62,471 nucleotides of DNA, taken from contig NC_057752.1 in assembly GCF_004010195.1 (NCBI RefSeq), positions 13,692,104-13,754,574 on the forward strand. The letters are read 5' to 3'. Positions within the stretch are counted from its first letter, which is position 1. Each line of letters starts with the position of its first letter. The position numbers and the translations under genes were made by a program. The stretch comes from Chiloscyllium plagiosum. Lineage: Eukaryota. Below the pieces are notes generated by a model. The model did no database searches. It had not been told where the DNA came from and saw nothing but the letters and a program-made list of their open reading frames with translations. Of this stretch, positions 48,546 to 61,030 are shown piece after piece.

Positions 48546-49635
48546 GGGCTTGACAGGGTGGATGCTGAGAGACTGTTACCCCTCATGGGGCAGCATCTCA
48601 GGATAAGGGAGCAGCGATTTGAAACCAAAATCCAGAGAAATCGCTTCATTAAGGGTTTTGCAAATCCTTTGAATCTCCTACCCTCTTACTTCCATCAGTG
48701 GTGGTATAGAGTATAAGAGCAAGGAGGTGATGTTGGAGTTTTACAGGGTGTTGGTCAGGCTCCCGCTGGACGACTGTGTGCAGTTCAGGTCACCTCCATC
48801 CAGGAAGGAGGGGTACAGAGTAGGTTCACCAGGATGTTGCCTGGGATGGAGAAATCAAGCTAAAAGGAGTGACTAGACAGGCTTGGATTGTTTTATAGAG
48901 TTATTCCTTGGCAGCTCATTCCATACACGCACCACCCTCTATGTGAAGAAGTTGCCCCTTACATCTCTTTTAAATCTTTCCCTTTTCATCTTAAATCTAT
49001 GCCCTCTACGTAGAACAGTACAGGCCCTTCGGCCTGCGATGTTGTGCTGACCCTTTTATCCTACTCTAAGATCAAACTAACCTTCATTATCAAATAGTTC
49101 TGGACTCCCCTACCCTGGGGAAAAGCCCTTGTCTGTTTACCCTATCCATGCCCCTCATGATTTTATAAACCTCTATAAGGTCACCCCTCAGTCTCCGACG
49201 CTCCAGGGAAAATAGCTCCAGCCTGTTCAGCCTCTCCCTATAGCTCAAACCTTATAAGTGTTTTGTAAATCTTTTCTGAACCCTTTCAAATTTCATAACA
49301 TCCTTCCTATAGCAGGGAGACCAGAATTTCAAGCGAGGAGATTTCCTGGCCTTTTCATTTTAAGTCACAACAGGTTTGTTTCTGATTCAATTTTTTAATA
49401 AAGAAAAATGCATGCTGCCCATTCTTTCGAGTCGAAAGTGATTGCAGTCTCTATTTTATATTTCAGCTCATTAACCAGACAGATGAATGAAAGGATGGGT
49501 ATATGAATAGGAAGGGTTTAGAGAGATATGGGCCAAGTGCTGGAGAATGGGACTAGATTGGGTTGGGATATCTGGTCGGCATGGACGGGTTGGGCCGAAG
49601 GGTCTGTTTCCGTGCTGTATACATCTCTGACTCTA
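48540..49635. mobile_element. Cluster of CR1 fragments in both orientations
   Basis: Plus 48540-48900, minus 48910-49330, plus 3' end 49495-49635. Confidence 0.8.
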
Positions 49636-50842
49636 TATAGGTCCACCTCTCAAACTGGCAAGGCACACTTACGTCAGACATGAGATGGGGCTTTTATGGT
49701 GCATTGGTAGTGTCTCTACCTCTGAACTAAGAGGCCCGGGTTCAAATCCCACCTGCTCCAGAGGTGCACCTTGCCATCTTTGAACAGGTTGATTAGAAAC
49801 TATGACACAAACGAAGGGAACAAGAGTAGGGAGCTTATATTCAGGATGGGGAGACGTACTGCCTGGGACTGTCTTCGATTTTAATCGTGGCCCTTCCCAA
49901 AGGAATTTGTCTGAACGAGGGGAAACAACATTGCAGGGGCAGAGGTGATTTAAGAAAGCAGACCTTGATGTGCCAGAGTCTGAGCGGCCTCCATCCGTGC
50001 TGAATCGTTCTGAAACACTTCAACCAATAAGGATTGTACAGAATGTGGAATTGTTTTTTTTCCCCTCTCGTGTGCCCTCCAGATGGGGGTTGGCATAATG
50101 CTGGTCTTTGTGTGTCGTTGCTGTGTGTGGAGTGTGTTGCTTGTAGCGTTTAACTCAAAAGGGGACACATCAGTAAAATGTGTGATCGACTTGTTCACCG
50201 TTGAACAATGTGTTACTTTGTTCTCCGAAACAATGGCTTTGTGAGAAGTGTCAGGGGAAGTAGGGTCTCGGGCCTAATCGTGAAAGCCAGTGCCAGAGGT
50301 TGATAGGACGAGGAGAGACGATAAGGGCAGCAGTGGTTGGTTGGGCCAGGGTCGAACTTTGCACCTGAAAGTGGGCGGTCCTCAGAAACGAAGACTGGAA
50401 AGGTGAAGATTTGCAGCCTTGAGAATTGATTTGAAGATGGCGACAGTGCACTACAACTTGATTTGAACGCCGTGAGGATAGAACGAGGAGGAGGGAGGGA
50501 TGAGAGGAAGCTCGGTTGGAGCTTAAGCACAAACACAGACCTGTCTCCTCTTTACAAATGTAGAGGGGTGGGGGGGCGGATTGTCACACAAGCACTGACC
50601 ATAGTGGTGTGGACGAGATTGGGAAAGCAAGAGCAAGACAATAAAAATAAACAGAAGAGTTGAGAACGAGAGGAGGCCATTCGGCCCAGTCAATCCTCCT
50701 CTGCCGTTCAATGAGACCGATTTGATTATGGTCTTAACTTTCCCATCTGCCCCAACCTTTAACTCCCTCATCAACCAAAAAAATATCAATTGAATCAACG
50801 GAAGGCTGAGCTCAGTGACTCTGCTCTTTCTGGAGAAGGGAA

Positions 50843-51975
50843 TGGGAGACTGATTAGCAAAGTTAGATCTCATTGGAATACAGGGAGAACTCGCCATTCG
50901 GATACAGAACTGGCTCAAAGGTAGAAGACAGAGGGTGGTGGTGGAGGGTTGTTTTTCAGACTGGAGGCCTGTGACCAGTGGAGTGTCACAAGGATCGGTG
51001 CTGGGTCCACTACTTTTTGTCATTCACATAAATGATTTGGGTGTGAACATAAGAGATGTATAGTTAGTAAGTTTGCAGATGACACCAAAATTGGAGGTGT
51101 TGTGGACAGCAAAGAGGGTCACCTCAGATTACAACAGGATCTGGACCAGGTGGGCCAATGGGCTGAGAAGTGGCAGATGGAGTTTAATTCATATAAATGT
51201 GAGGTGCTGCATTTTGGGAAAGCAAATCTTAGCAGGACTTATACACTTAATGGTAAGGTCCTCAGGAGTGTTGCTGAACAAAGAGACCTTGGAGTGCAGG
51301 TTCATAGCTCCTTGAAAGTGGAGTCGCAGGTCGATAGGATAGTGAAGGCGGCGTTTGGTATGCTTTCCTTTATTGGTCAGAGTATTGAGTACAGGAGTTG
51401 GGAGGTCATGTTGCGGCTGTACAGGACATTGGTTAGGCCACTGTTGGAATATTGCATGCAATTCTGGTCTCCTTCCTATCGGAAAGATGTTGTAAAACCA
51501 GAAAAGATTTACAAGGATGTTGCCAGGGTTGGAGGATTTGAGCTATAGGGAGAGGCTGAACAGGCTGGGGCTGTTTTCCCTGGAGCGTCGGAGGCTGAGG
51601 GGTGACCTTATAGAGGTTTATGAAATCATGGGGGGCATAGATAGGATAAAATAGACAAGGTATTTTCCCTGAAGTAGGAAGGTCAAGAACTAGAGGGCAT
51701 AGGTTTAGGGTGAGAGGGGAAAGATATAAAAGAGACCTACGGGGCCACTTTTTCACACAGAAGGTGGAGCATGTATGGAATGAGCTGCCAGAGGAAGTGG
51801 TGGAGGCTGGTACAATTGCAACATTTAAGAGGCATTTGGATGGTTATATGAATAGGAAGGATTTGGAGGGATCTGGGCCGGGTGCTGGCAGGTGGGACTA
51901 GATTGGGTTGGGATATCTGGTCGGCATGGACGGGTTAGACCGAAGGGTCTGTTTCCGTGCTGTACATTACTATGA
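50843..51975 (+). mobile_element. CR1/HER1 RT plus 3' end, low divergence
   Basis: [54 protein letters not shown]. Confidence 0.95.
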
Positions 51976-51984
51976 CAAGTATGT

Positions 51985-53360
51985 AGAACAGTACAGCACA
52001 GGAATAGGTCCTTCGGCCTACCATGTCTGTGCTGACCAGGATGTCGTTCTCAACTCATCCCATCTGCCTGCACACCGTCCATATCCCTCTATTCATGTGT
52101 CTGTCTCAGTGCCTCTTCATCCCTGATGAAGGGCTTATGCCTGTAATGTTGACTGTCCTGCCTGGGTGCAGTCTGACCGGCTGTGCTTTTCCAGCGCCAC
52201 ACCTTTCGACTCAATGCCTCTTTGATGTTGCTTCCACCACCTCCCCCTGGCAGCGTGTTCCAGATACCTCCTGCCCTCTGGGTTTTTAAAAAAACCTTGC
52301 CTTGCGCATCTCCTTTTTCAACTTCCCTCCTCTTGCCCTAAACCTATGTTCCCCTACATCTCTCCATGAGGAGACTGAACTCTATCCAGTAATGGTAGAG
52401 ATTGGAGGCTCAGGAAGGAACATTCATTCAGTATGGACGTACATGGAATAGTGTAGGTTAGATGGGCTTCAGATTGGATGGCACAATAGTAGGCGGGACG
52501 GTAAATTGCAATGAGGAAATAACCTTACAAATGGATGTCGATCGGTTAGGAGAGTGGGCCAAAATGTGGCGGATGGAGTTTAATGCTGATAAGTGTAAGG
52601 TGCTGCATTTTGGTCGGAAAAATGGGAAGGTGACTTATTATCGAAACGGGGAGAGAGTTCGGGGTGCTCCAGTGCAGAGGGAGCTGGGTGTACTCGTTCA
52701 TGAGGCACAGAAAACTCGCACACAGATACAGCAGGTAAAGAAAGCCAATGGAACATTGGCTTTTACAGCTAAAGGAATAGAATATAAGATAAGGAAGCAC
52801 TGTTGCAATTATACAAGGCATTGCTGTGACTGCACCTGGAGTATTGTGCACAGTTTTGGTCTCCTTATTTGAGGAAAGATGTAGCAGCCTGGGAGGCAGT
52901 TCCGAGGAAGTTTACCCGATTGATCCCAGAGGTTTGTCGGACGAAGAGAGATTGAACAGTTTAGGCCTATACTCTCTGGAATTTAGAAGAATAAGAGGAG
53001 ATCAAATTGAGGTAATTAAGATGATGGGAAGCGTGGATAAAACAGACCTGGAGTGGATGCTTCCTCCTTGAGGGGCATTCTGGGACGAGAGGTCATAATC
53101 TTTGACAAATTTAAAACGGAGTTGAGGAGAAACTTCTTCCAGAGGGTTGTGAATCTGTGGGAATTAGTTAACCCCAAAGTGCGGTGGATGCTGGGACAGT
53201 GAGTAGGTTTAAGCAGGAGTTAAGACAGATTTTTAATTGGTGATGGGTTGGAGGGATATGGAGAGAAGGCAGGAAAATGGGGGTGAGGAGCATATCAGCG
53301 ATGATCGAGTGGTGGAGCAGACTCGATGGGCCGAATGGCTTAATTCGACTCTGATGTCTT
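51985..53360. mobile_element. CR1 fragments (minus 51985-52390 with a PLE insert at about 52118-52212; plus 52480-53360)
   Basis: LQMDVDRLGEWAKMWRMEFNADKCKVLHFG; PLE ctgatgaagggcttatgcc; ctca.tgcctctt duplicated on the PLE flanks. Confidence 0.85.
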
Positions 53361-53616
53361 GTGAACTTCTGATGATGCACAATATAAATAGTCCCGTTTG
53401 ACAGAGTGCTCCTCGACTCCTCGACTCTCAACAAGGGAACATTCCTGTCTGCGTCTGGTAATGGGGAATAAACAGAGTGGTTGAGAGAAGTATAAATTGG
53501 GGATTATCAAGGCAATAGTGACCATAATACGGTTTAAGATGAAGGTCGAGCAGTGGGGTGAAAATCAAAAGATTCAATTGCAGGAAAGCTGATTTTGAGT
53601 AAATACAAGCCGAAAG

Positions 53617-54342
53617 AAGTGCAGACGCTGTAAATCAGAAACGACAACAGAGATTGCTGGAAAAGCTCAGCAGTTCTGGCACCACCTGAGGAGAGAAATC
53701 AGTTAGCGTTTCGGGTCGTGTGACCCTTCCTCAGAACTGATGGTAGCTGGGAAAATATTGAAGTTTAGGCAGAAGAGAGGGTTGGGGGGGTGGGATAAGG
53801 AGTAAAGGATAGGTGGGCATAGAGCCCAAGAGAGAGAAGAACAGTTGGACAGACAAAGGATTGGATAACGATCTGGCTGGGAGGGTGAATAGTTGTTAAT
53901 GGGGCCTGTTAGTGACCAGCAATGGGCTGTCTGATAACAAGGCCTGGTGTGTGGGGGTAGGAGTAAGGACATGGGAGAGATCAAGCCCTCGTTATTGAAC
54001 TCGATAATGAGTCCTAAAGGCTGCAGCGTTCCCTAGTGGAAAATGAGGTGCTGTTCTTCCAGCTTGTGCTGAGCTTCCCTGGAGCACTGCAGCAAGCCTG
54101 AGACCGAGAGGTTGGCCAGAGGACAGGGTGGGGTGTTAAACTGGCAGGCAACTGGAAGCTCAGGGGTCTTGTATGTAGGCAGAACATAGGCGTTCTGTGT
54201 AGACGGTCCCCCAGTCTATACTTCGTTTCCCCAATGTAGAGGAGAGCACATTGTGAGCAGCGAGTGTGGTAGACTAGATTGTGGGGAAGTGCAGGTAAAG
54301 TGCTGCTTCACCTGGAAGGTGTGTTCGGGCCCTTGAATACTG
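53617..54342 (-). mobile_element. Penelope-like element (family C): GIY-YIG region plus terminal repeat
   Basis: Minus strand TFQVKQHFTCTS...CALLYIGETKYRLGDR; EQHLIF.LGTLQP.GL. Confidence 0.85.
53698..53741 (-). ncRNA. Minimal type-I hammerhead motif (PLE family C), probably inactivated
   Basis: ATCAGTT-CTGAGGA-A-GGGTC-ACAC-GACCC-GAAA-CG-CT-AACTGAT: 7-bp stem I, 5-bp stem II; C at the conserved U16.1 position. Confidence 0.75.
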
Positions 54343-54784
54343 AGGATTTTCAGTGGCTGATAATAGAATTTGAGAAAATGGCCCAGGTGACTATATTGGC
54401 AGAAAACAACAGGGAAAATTTTAAAATCGTGTTAACAGAGTTCGTGCGTTTGTGTGTGCGTATGTGTGAGCGTGAGAGGGGGGAGGCGGGAAGGGGGATA
54501 TACTTTGCGAAAAAGTAACAAACTAAATACGACTCAGACTCCATAAATACATAGGAGAACAGTTGAGGGTTAGACAAGAGGCACATATTCAGTACATAGA
54601 CTGCAGGGGGTAGAGAGTAAGAGATTTGGAGAGACACAGCATAAAGCTGGAAAGCAGAGAGAAGTAACAGAATTAAATTATCGGTGAGCGTAAAAGAAAC
54701 ATGACTGTTTTACAAACACATAAAGAAGAGATGGAAGGATCTGATGGGAAAAGGACCGTTAAGAAATAGAGCATGATAACATCT

Positions 54785-55009
54785 GGATGTAGGTTTGCTT
54801 GCTGAGCTGGAAGGTTCGTTTTCAGATGTTTCGTCACCATACTAGATAACGTCATCGGTGAGCCTCTGGATGAAGCACTGGTGGCATGGCCCACTTTCAC
54901 TTTATTGTTTGTTTGGGTTTCTTTGAGTTGGTGATGTAATTTCCTGTGGTGATGTCATTTCCTGTTCTTTTTCTCAGGGGATGGTAAATGGGATCCAATG
55001 TGTTTGTTG
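54785..55009 (-). mobile_element. PLE insert (family D) with degenerate hammerhead at 54822-54861
   Basis: Minus strand TCA-CCGATGA-C-GTTATC-TAGTAT-GGTGAC-GAAA-CA-TC-TGA; 19-bp flanking duplication ATAGAG(C/T)ATGATAA(C/T)ATCT. Confidence 0.7.
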
Positions 55010-55477
55010 ATAGAGTATGATAATATCTCAAGATAATGATAATGCGATGACAGAAATATTAAATGATTATTTCGCTTTGGTGTTTACCAGGGAGAGAGAA
55101 CACCCATAAAACTGACTTGGACTGATGAGATGAGGAATGAGGTAAGTGCAATTCCAACTTTTTAAAAGTGGGGAATGGATTGAATAAATGTTCAGATCGT
55201 TTCTGTAATTCCTGTACTAAAGCAGGGGGTCAGAGCATACCCAAGGAATGATAGACCAGTTAGTTTACCAACAATGATAGGAAAGATGATGGAATTCCAA
55301 CCAAAGGAGAGAATTGGAGAACATCAAGAGAAGAGAAATATCATAATTAATAGCCAGTCGAACCTCAGATGGGGAATTCTTGCTTGACCAATCCTATTGA
55401 ACCTTTTACAGAAGTCAGAGATAGTGGAGAATAGCAAAGTACTAGATATAATTGATCCAAAGACTTCTGATAAGGCA

Positions 55478-56655
55478 AACTGCAAAGGTTATGGGCCCTG
55501 ACAACATTCCAGCAATAGGACTGAAGACCTGTGCTCCAGAACTTGCCGCTCCCCGAGCCAAGCAGTACAGTTATAACACTGGCATCTACTCGACAATGTG
55601 GAAAGTTGCCCAGGTATGTCCTGTACAAAAAAGCAGGATAAATCCAACCCGGCCAATTACCGCCCCATCGGTCTCCTCTCGATCATCAGGAAAGTGGTGG
55701 AAGGTGTCACCAACAGTGCTATCAAGCAGCACCTGCTCAGCAATACCCTGCTCAGTGATGCCCAGTTTGGCAAACCTGGAATCAATGGGTATCAGGGGGC
55801 AAACTCTCCGCTGGTTGGAGTCATACCTGGCACATAGGAAGATGGTTGTGGTTGGTGGAGGTCAGTTATCTCAGCCCCAGGACACCTCTGCAGGAGTTCC
55901 TCAGGGTAGTGTCCTGGGCCCAACCATCTTCAGCTGCTCCATCAATGACCTTCCCTCCATCATAAGGTCAGAAGTGGGGGATGCTCACTGATGATTGCAC
56001 AATGTTCAGCACCATTCGCAACTCCTCAGATACTGAAGCAGTTCATGTTCAAATACAACAAGATCTGGACAATACCCAGGCTTGGGCTGACAAGTGGCAA
56101 ATAAGATACACACCACACAAATGCCAGGCTATGACCATTTCCAATAAGAGACAATCTAACCACTCCGCTTGACATTCAATGGTGTTACCATCACGGAATC
56201 CCCCATTAACAACGTCTTGGCGGTTTACCAATGACCAGAAACTCAATTGGACTCCCCACATAAATACAGTGGCGACAAGAGCAGATCAGAGGCTGGGAAT
56301 CCTGCGGTGAGTAACTCCCCTCCTGACTCCCCAAAGCCTGTCCCACCATCTCCAAGGCACAAGTCAGGAGGGTGAGGGACAAGGGCAACAGATACATGGG
56401 AACACCACCCCCTGCAAGTTCCCCTCCAAGCCCCTCACCATCCTGACTTGGAAATATATCCCTGTTCCTTCAGTGTCACTGGGTCAAAATCCTGGAATTC
56501 CCCTCCCTCAGGGTATTGTGGGTCTACCCACAGCACATGGACTGCAGCGGTTCAAGATGGCAGCTCACCCCCACCTTCTCAAGGGGGAAACTAGGGATGG
56601 GGTAATAAATGCTGGGCCCAGCTAGCAACACCTACACCCCACAAATGAATAAGTT
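55478..56655 (+). mobile_element. CR1/L2-type LINE RT plus 3' end (internally deleted)
   Basis: [43 protein letters not shown]; tail shared with SacSINE1. Confidence 0.9.
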
Positions 56656-58149
56656 TAAAAAATCGACTAATGAATAAAATCAGAAAATATGTGAGTCACT
56701 GACAAGTGACAGACCAGATTGCAATTGGATGTGGCAGGATCAGGATTGGAACCACTGCTGGTCACAATTTCCACGGATGATTGGGAATTTTGAATCAGAA
56801 GTACAATTTCTAATTTTGCGGGTGACACCAAATTGGGGGAGAGTAGCCATTTTGAAGAGGGCTGCGACAAATTCCAGGGGTCAGATTCATACAGTTGCAG
56901 AATAATGAGCAATTGAGGTTCAGCTCAAATATCCAGAAATTGAACATTAATCTTCCAAAACTGGAGGAAGTGGACATTAAAACCATTTTCTGACTGACTA
57001 GACAACACATGGACATTAACTGGTACCCCTAACACAGTAGGCCGCATTTCAGTTAGCCCAGGTACACAGGGCACCTTGAGGATTGGTGTGTTGGGCATTA
57101 AGAGGGAGAATGAGGACATTGGGAGGGGTGGGCATGCTTGGAGGGTACTCAAGCCATGAACTGTCCAGGTCGAGGTCCTGTCCGAGGTGGCAGCCCCTCA
57201 GTCTGTGCGGCTGTTCAATCCCTGTGCAAAGCCAGTCCAGAGCTGTCTTTGACCCTTTTATTACAGTCAGTTCCACAGAGGTGGTGCTGCATTGTGTGAG
57301 GCAGAACAGGCCATTGCAAAGTCCTCATTGGCCCTGATCCAGACTGACCGTGCCACCATCTGGTACCCGCTCGGCTTGGTAGGCTTGCAAACCAGTGACA
57401 CTCATCTGACTGGCGCTGCTGAGTCATGATGACAGCATTGGCTGGAAATATATCGTGTGACCCTGGTTACAAAATCGGCTAAGCTGTTTCTAGACGGTAG
57501 CCCACTTCTAATTCTGGTTGAGAGCAGCTGGCTGTGCAGATCAAGTCCCAATGTTTTTTACATTTGAAGCTTAACAATTAGAAATGGAGACAAACCATCG
57601 TTATAGGCCTGACTGTCACTGTGCATCGCACATCACTGCCGTTGTTTGAAATGCAGCAGAACGTAGGAACATGAATTACTTTTTGAGGAAAGTGCGTTAA
57701 AATTAGAAATGCAGCGCGGGGCAAAGGCTTATGGGTAGCAGTGGGGTTATATCCCAGCAACCGTCACAAGGTTTGGAGGAGGAAGGGATGAAAAGGAGAA
57801 AACGTTGGTTCCTTTTGTAAGAAATTTGTTGCTGTGAGGTCTCGTGGGTAGTGACCCTGCCTCTGAGCTAGGAGCTCCAGGTTGGAGTCCCATTCCAGGA
57901 ATTGACAGGCCAGGAAGGTGCATTCGGAAACGTAGTCAGAGAGGTTGAGGACTGATTTATAAATCCTTCCGACACGTGCGCCCCCTCCGGTGGCAGGCAG
58001 TATGACTGGGAGACGTGCCTGCTCAGCCACATTGGCGTTACCACAACCACTCTCCGTAGCTCCAGGCTACAACACAGGTAAAGGTGTGTGTTACCACGGC
58101 AACGCCAGCTCACAGTATGATCTCCGTTACACCAGCAAGCGTTTTGTCT

Positions 58150-58652
58150 CCGCACGGCAACAGAACCTTCGGCCCAACCAGTCCATGCTGACCCTAATCC
58201 TAAATTAATCTGTCTGTTTGCCCCATATTGCTCACAATAGACAATAGGTGCAGGAGTAGGCCATTCAGCCCTTCGAGCCCGCACTGCCAGTATTGCTCTA
58301 AACCCTTCCTATTCATATACCCATCCAGATGCCTTTTAAATTCTGTAATTGTACCAGCCTCCACCACTTCCTCTGGCAGCTCATTCTATACATGCACCAC
58401 CCTCTGTGTGAAAAAGTTGCCTCTTACGTCCCTTTTAAATCTTTCCCCTCCCTTCTCCCCTAAACCTATGCCCCTCTAGTTCTGGACTCCCCCCACCCAA
58501 GGGAAAAGACCTTGACTATTTACCCTATGCATGCCCCCTCATGATTTAATAAACCTCTATAAAGTCACCCCTCAGCCTCCGACACTCCAGGGAAAAAAGT
58601 CTCAGCTTATCCTCCCTCTCCTTTGAGTTCAAACCCTCCAATCCCAGCAACC
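58150..58652 (-). mobile_element. CR1 3' fragments
   Basis: Reverse complement of the FFTQRVV.VWNELP block and 3' UTRs. Confidence 0.85.
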
Positions 58653-59129
58653 TCATACATCAAAATCTTTCTTGCAAACCCCTCGTCCTGATCTTTTTTT
58701 TTGCCGAATGACAGATTTTCTGAGGAGCCCGACGTTGAACTCAGTGGTTAACGTCTGTCAAAAAGTCCCTCAGTCACCAAAAAAAAAACACACCCTCGAG
58801 ACTGTGCTCTAACCCTACCCTCGGGAGATGAAAAGTACCTTTAACAGTAAAAGGGGAAGGTAAAGATGCTTAAAAAAAAAGAGAAAAATATAAAACTCAG
58901 AGGGAGATGAAAGTCACTGTAATCTCTAGTTTAGTTGTACCTCTGGACTTTCAGAGGTAGCATTGAAAAATCTGGGAGGGAGCACAGGCTGACAGATTTC
59001 TTCTGTCAGTGAAGTAGTGACATTAATGGACGAATGCACTCGTTCAAACAAGTGTTTTAGTGGGCTGTGTAAGCCAGGACTCAAAGCTTAGTTATGTGAA
59101 TAAATGTGGAGTCAACAGAGCCTGCAGTG

Positions 59130-59740
59130 TCTGCAGTGCATCTTGTAGCTGGTACACACTGCTGCTACTCAGCGTCAGTGGGGGGAGGGAGTGGGTGTTT
59201 GTGGATGTGGGGTCAATCAAGCGGCTGCTTTGTCCTGGATGGTGTCGAGCTCCTTGAGTGTTGTTGGAGCTGCCCCCATCCAGGGGCAAGTGGGGAGTAT
59301 TCCCTCACCCTCCTGACTGGTGCCTTGCAGACAGGCTTTGGGGAGTCAGGGGGTGAGTTACTCGCTGCAGGATTCCTAACCTCTGACCTGCTCTTGTAGC
59401 CGCTGTGTTTATGTGGTGAGTCCAGTTCAGTTCCTAGTCAATGGAAACCGCCAGGATGTTGATCGTGGAGGATTCAGTGATGGTAATGCTGTTAATTATC
59501 AAGGGATGGTGATTGAATTAAGATTTTATTTCAGGTTTCCAACATCTGCAACATGGCTAGTCCAGTTGAGTTTCTGGTCAATGGTAACCCCCAGGATGTT
59601 GATACTGGGGAATTCAGTGATGGTAACACCATTGAACACCAAGGGATGATGGTTAGATTGTCTCTTTTTTGCAATCGTCACAGCCTGGTACATGTGTTTC
59701 TTGCCACTTGTCAGCCCAAGCCTCAGTATCGTCCAGCTTG
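59130..59740 (-). mobile_element. CR1/L2-type LINE fragment with a short internal duplication
   Basis: Matches 43740-44200. Confidence 0.85.
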
Positions 59741-59839
59741 TTTAGCTACATCAGCTCCTGACGCTTTTAGATAGTTGTGCATTCGTGCCATGGACCTGGC
59801 AGAAAGACAACCATATGAATAAGCTTTAGGTATCTTTTG

Positions 59840-60147
59840 TGGGTGGCACGGTGGCACAGTGGTTAGCACTGCTGCCTCACAGCGCCAGAGACCCGGGTTC
59901 AATTCCCGCCTTCAGGCGACTGACTGTGTGGAGTTTGCACATTCTCCCCGTGTCTGCGTGGGTTTCCTCCGGGTGCTCCGGTTTCCTCCCACAGTCCAAA
60001 GATGTGCAGGTTAGGTGAATTGGCCATGCTAAATTGCCCTTGGTGTTAGGCGTAGGGGAATGGGTCTGGGTGGGTGCGCTTCGGCGGGTCGGTGTGGACT
60101 TGTTGGGCCGAAGGGCCTGTTTCCATACTGTAAGTAATCTAACCTAA
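59840..60147 (+). mobile_element. Young HE1 SINE
   Basis: A/B boxes, V-domain, tail. Confidence 0.95.
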
Positions 60148-60192
60148 AGTACCTCACAACAGTGGTTTAAATGCTGAGTGTGATTTGTTTTA

Positions 60193-60531
60193 GAATCATA
60201 CAATCCCTACAATGTGTTTAAGAGGCCATTTGGCCCATTGGGTCTGCACCGACCCTCTGAAGGCCATCTCACTCAGACTCACCCTCTCCCTGTAACCCTG
60301 CATTTCCCTTGGCTAACCCACCTAACCTGCACATCCCTGGATGCTATAGGGCAATTGAGCGTGGCCCACACATCTTTGGACTGTGGGAGGTAACCGGAGC
60401 ACCCGGAGGAAACCCACGCAGACACGGGGAGAATGTGCAAACTCCACGCAGTCAGTCGCCCGAGTCTGGAATCGAATCCAGGTACCTGGTGCTGTGAGGC
60501 AGCAGTGCTAACCACTGAGCCACCCTGCCAC
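60193..60531 (-). mobile_element. HE1 SINE
   Basis: Reverse-complement head, V-domain and tail. Confidence 0.9.
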
Positions 60532-60574
60532 CCTACAACTCAGGGTGAGAGAGCCTGGAAGAAGTTTTTTCATT

Positions 60575-61030
60575 AAATCATGGGACGTGGATATCACTGG
60601 CTAGGCAGCATTTATTGTCTGTCCCTAATTGCCCAGAGGGCAGTTAAGAGTCAACCACATTGCTGTGGTCTGCAGCCTTTAAGGCTCCTCACCTCGTGGG
60701 GAAGCGGTAGCACATTGGTAACATTGTTGGATTGCCACGCCACTTGGTCGAATTTAAATTCACTTCATAAATTTGGATTCAAGCTGGTCTTAGTGATGGT
60801 GGACATGGTAACAAACAGTGATTTGTCATAAAAACCCATCTAACATCCTTGAGAGAAGGAAATCTACCGTCCTTACCTGGTCTGGGCCTACAAACGATTC
60901 CAGACCAACAGTCAATGAGGTCAACTCTCAACTGCCCCCTGAAAAGGCTGAGGGAAGTCCTCCGTTCGAAGGGCAATTAGGAACGGGCAGCAAATGCTGG
61001 ACTTGTCAGTGACCCCCACACGCCCTGAAA
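60575..61030. mobile_element. Two SacSINE1-like SINEs: minus-strand tail (60575-60675) and plus-strand copy (60700-61030)
   Basis: Matches the 21780-22113 family. Confidence 0.7.

Larger units (their letters stand above)
53370..56900 (+). mobile_element. Very old CR1 ORF2 remnant hosting three nested insertions
   Basis: Residual SDHN, EILNDYFALVFT, RPVSLP...GKMME and FAGDTK blocks in colinear order. Confidence 0.6.
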
